Source: Basidiobolus meristosporus CBS 931.73 (taxonomy: Eukaryota > Fungi > Basidiobolomycota). From it: a stretch of 64,000 nt of DNA. Shown piece after piece: positions 62,026 through 64,000 of this stretch. The notes beneath the pieces are model-generated. The model was given only the letters and a program-made list of their open reading frames with translations, ran no database searches and was not told where the DNA came from. A program made the position numbers and the translations under genes. Every line of letters begins with the position of its first letter. Positions within the stretch are counted from its first letter, which is position 1. The stretch spans positions 1 to 64,000 of the forward strand of contig MCFE01000010.1 in NCBI GenBank assembly GCA_002104905.1. Reading direction: 5' to 3'.

Positions 62026-64000
62026 TTAGCGCTCTTGGTTGAATCTTGCCCTGGCCTACTCAGTCATGTAAGCAATGGTGACCGATTCAAATTAACAAAC
62101 ACAATTTACCATCTTTTTGACTTTATCTTGATAGGTCTCATTCGGATCGTCTGCAACATATGCCTGGGTGGCGCCAAGTCCGGCTCCATGTCCGTATTGC
62201 ACAGCCTGGGTATTGATTAGCAACGAATGAAACAAGATTAATGGATGGAACTCGGTTACCTGAATGGGATCGACAATTCCGTTGCGGTCTTTCCCGAGAC
62301 CTTCACCGGCACGCCAGCCCATGCTCTGTAGCATGCGATTGCCGATATTGTCATCGCCAATTGTTTGACTCGTGGTTGTTCTGGACTGTCGTGAGTGGGC
62401 GTTCTTTGGAAGATCGATATGCATGACATACCTGGGCTCCATGGTGTGGCATTCCCGTCTAGTTGGTCGAGGTGAAGTTGTGGATCGTACTTTTCTTGGC
62501 TGCCCGTATTTCTCTCTCCTCTCGGCTGCCCTATTTCGGTATTTCGCCTACAACAAGGCTCAGCAAGTGCCAACCGTCGAAAGGCAAACCACCCATCCTA
62601 CCGTATTCTCCTGGCGGTGCTGGCTCTCTTCCTCGGTCAAAACAAGTGATTTCTTTAACGTCGCCGCCTGCCGCACGCGAGAGTCGTTCAAATTACGCTA
62701 AGACCGCGTTAATACCGGGCTCGAGCAGGATATGAACGCGACATACTAAGGTGCATACCTGGTGCAATTCTGAGGCTTCGTTGTGCTTACAGAGGTCATC
62801 CAAGGACTTGAACTGGCGCTGGCATAAGAGGCAAACATTGTTCACGTAATCACCAAAGTCTTCCGACGGCTTTGGTAAAGGGAAGTAAGTAACGTTGCTG
62901 TTGAAGACTGCTGTTCGACTGTTTAGGGCTTTACCTGATCTGATTCATTTGATATAGTGGACGACAGTTCAACCTGTTTCTCATTCCACCTTTGGATTTG
63001 GTTTCGAAACTGCATGTCTTACAGGTGAAAAAGTGGTACATGCCACCAGATGATATAGGGATGCTGACCTTTCCACTGCTGTTCGCAACCACCACTTTCT
63101 TGGCAGCTAAATTTATCGAGTTTCCGTTAGTAGATGAATCGACATGAACCCCGAAACCTCGGTAAAGAAACCAATTCTCTGACTATCACTATTGGTCTTT
63201 GTTGCGTCTTGGCGGATATCCCTAGAGGTGCTCCTGATTAATGAATGAGATAGGACAATAGGCAAGTTTGGGCATGTACCCTGGGCGCTTGGTCTTTGCG
63301 GGTAGACTTTGTTTCACATGGGGCTCTGTTGGATGTGTGGACGTTGAGCTAGAAGTGGGGCAAGTGGAGGATAAATCGAGCGAACCTTGTTTAGCTTCTT
63401 TCTCACCTCCCTTGGAGGTGCCACGCAGGTCATCAAAGAACGCGTTGAGCTCATCATCGATCTCTCCTACATATTTCGAGGGTGCAGGTTTGCTTTCCTT
63501 AATTATGGCCTGGACGGTGGTGGCTTCATTTTTCCCTTGATCACTGGATGCTATGTCCAGTGCCACGTCGGAGTAGAACGCATCCAGTTCTTTTTCCACA
63601 TCGGCTAGAAACGGTAGAATCGTTAAACAACTTCGAAGGTGCTTATTGTGTGACTTGTCTTGATTTTACTTGGGTCCCGAAGTTGAGGCTCTGCCTCTTT
63701 AACCGCATGAGAAGGGTTCATTAACTCGGGTGGAATGCTGGGTCCTATGAATTGGGTCTGTTTGGGCGTTGAATGGTCTACTATGGGATACATGCTTGGA
63801 AAGGCATTCTCATCCCAGTACGCCAAGACATGTCCAGTGTCGGTGGTTATCGTATAAGGTGACGGCGCATAAACCGGGATAAAGCTCTCGTGGTGAGCAA
63901 ACGTAACTCCGGTGGGTCGATTATCTATGAGAAACCCAGTTGGATGGGCTTCAGGGTTCAACATCTGGGCCAAAGCGTGAGAGGATGTCTAGTAGGCGCT
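62026..64000 (-). CDS. RBM5/RBM10-like splicing regulator (end of RRM, C2H2 finger, G-patch), 5' end beyond the window
   Basis: FLIDNRPTGVTFAH (RRM end), CLLCQRQFKSLDDLCKHNEASELH (C2H2), KYRNRAAERREKYG, NIGNRMLQSMGWRAGEGLGKDRNGIVDPI (G-patch), ends ARARFNQER*. Confidence 0.85.

Overview
Gene-dense nuclear DNA from a fungus with short (mostly ~55-120 nt) spliceosomal introns. It is most likely an early-diverging lineage (Zoopagomycota/Mucoromycota-like); this is inferred from the retained minor U12 intron and the protein types, not from a database search. Most of the window is conserved housekeeping genes: SER1, PRP8 (no intein), a HIT protein, SSB-type Hsp70, PCID2/CSN12-like, ETF-beta, a PPR protein, MRPL12, NOT3/5, RPS26, NDUFS8, ARP1, MAK16, a CCX/NCLX exchanger, HAP3/NF-YB, HMG-CoA reductase, a Yap-like bZIP, a histidine phosphatase, two PKA regulatory subunits and an RBM5/10-like gene truncated at the right edge. 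There are two accessory zones: 1-4.4 kb (probable Tc1/mariner relic, orphan 7TM protein) and 14.6-24.9 kb (three tandem KRE6/SKN1-like GH16 genes with a mosaic, gene-conversion-like pattern). The most notable observations are a clean AT-AC U12 intron in HAP3; an unexplained ~0.9 kb hairpin-rich region with intron signals on both strands between HAP3 and HMGR (candidate ncRNA or very long structured leader); and a Yap/HapX-like bZIP whose invariant basic-region Asn is replaced. No tRNA, rRNA or CRISPR array was recognised. All exon boundaries were read by eye and need RNA-seq confirmation.
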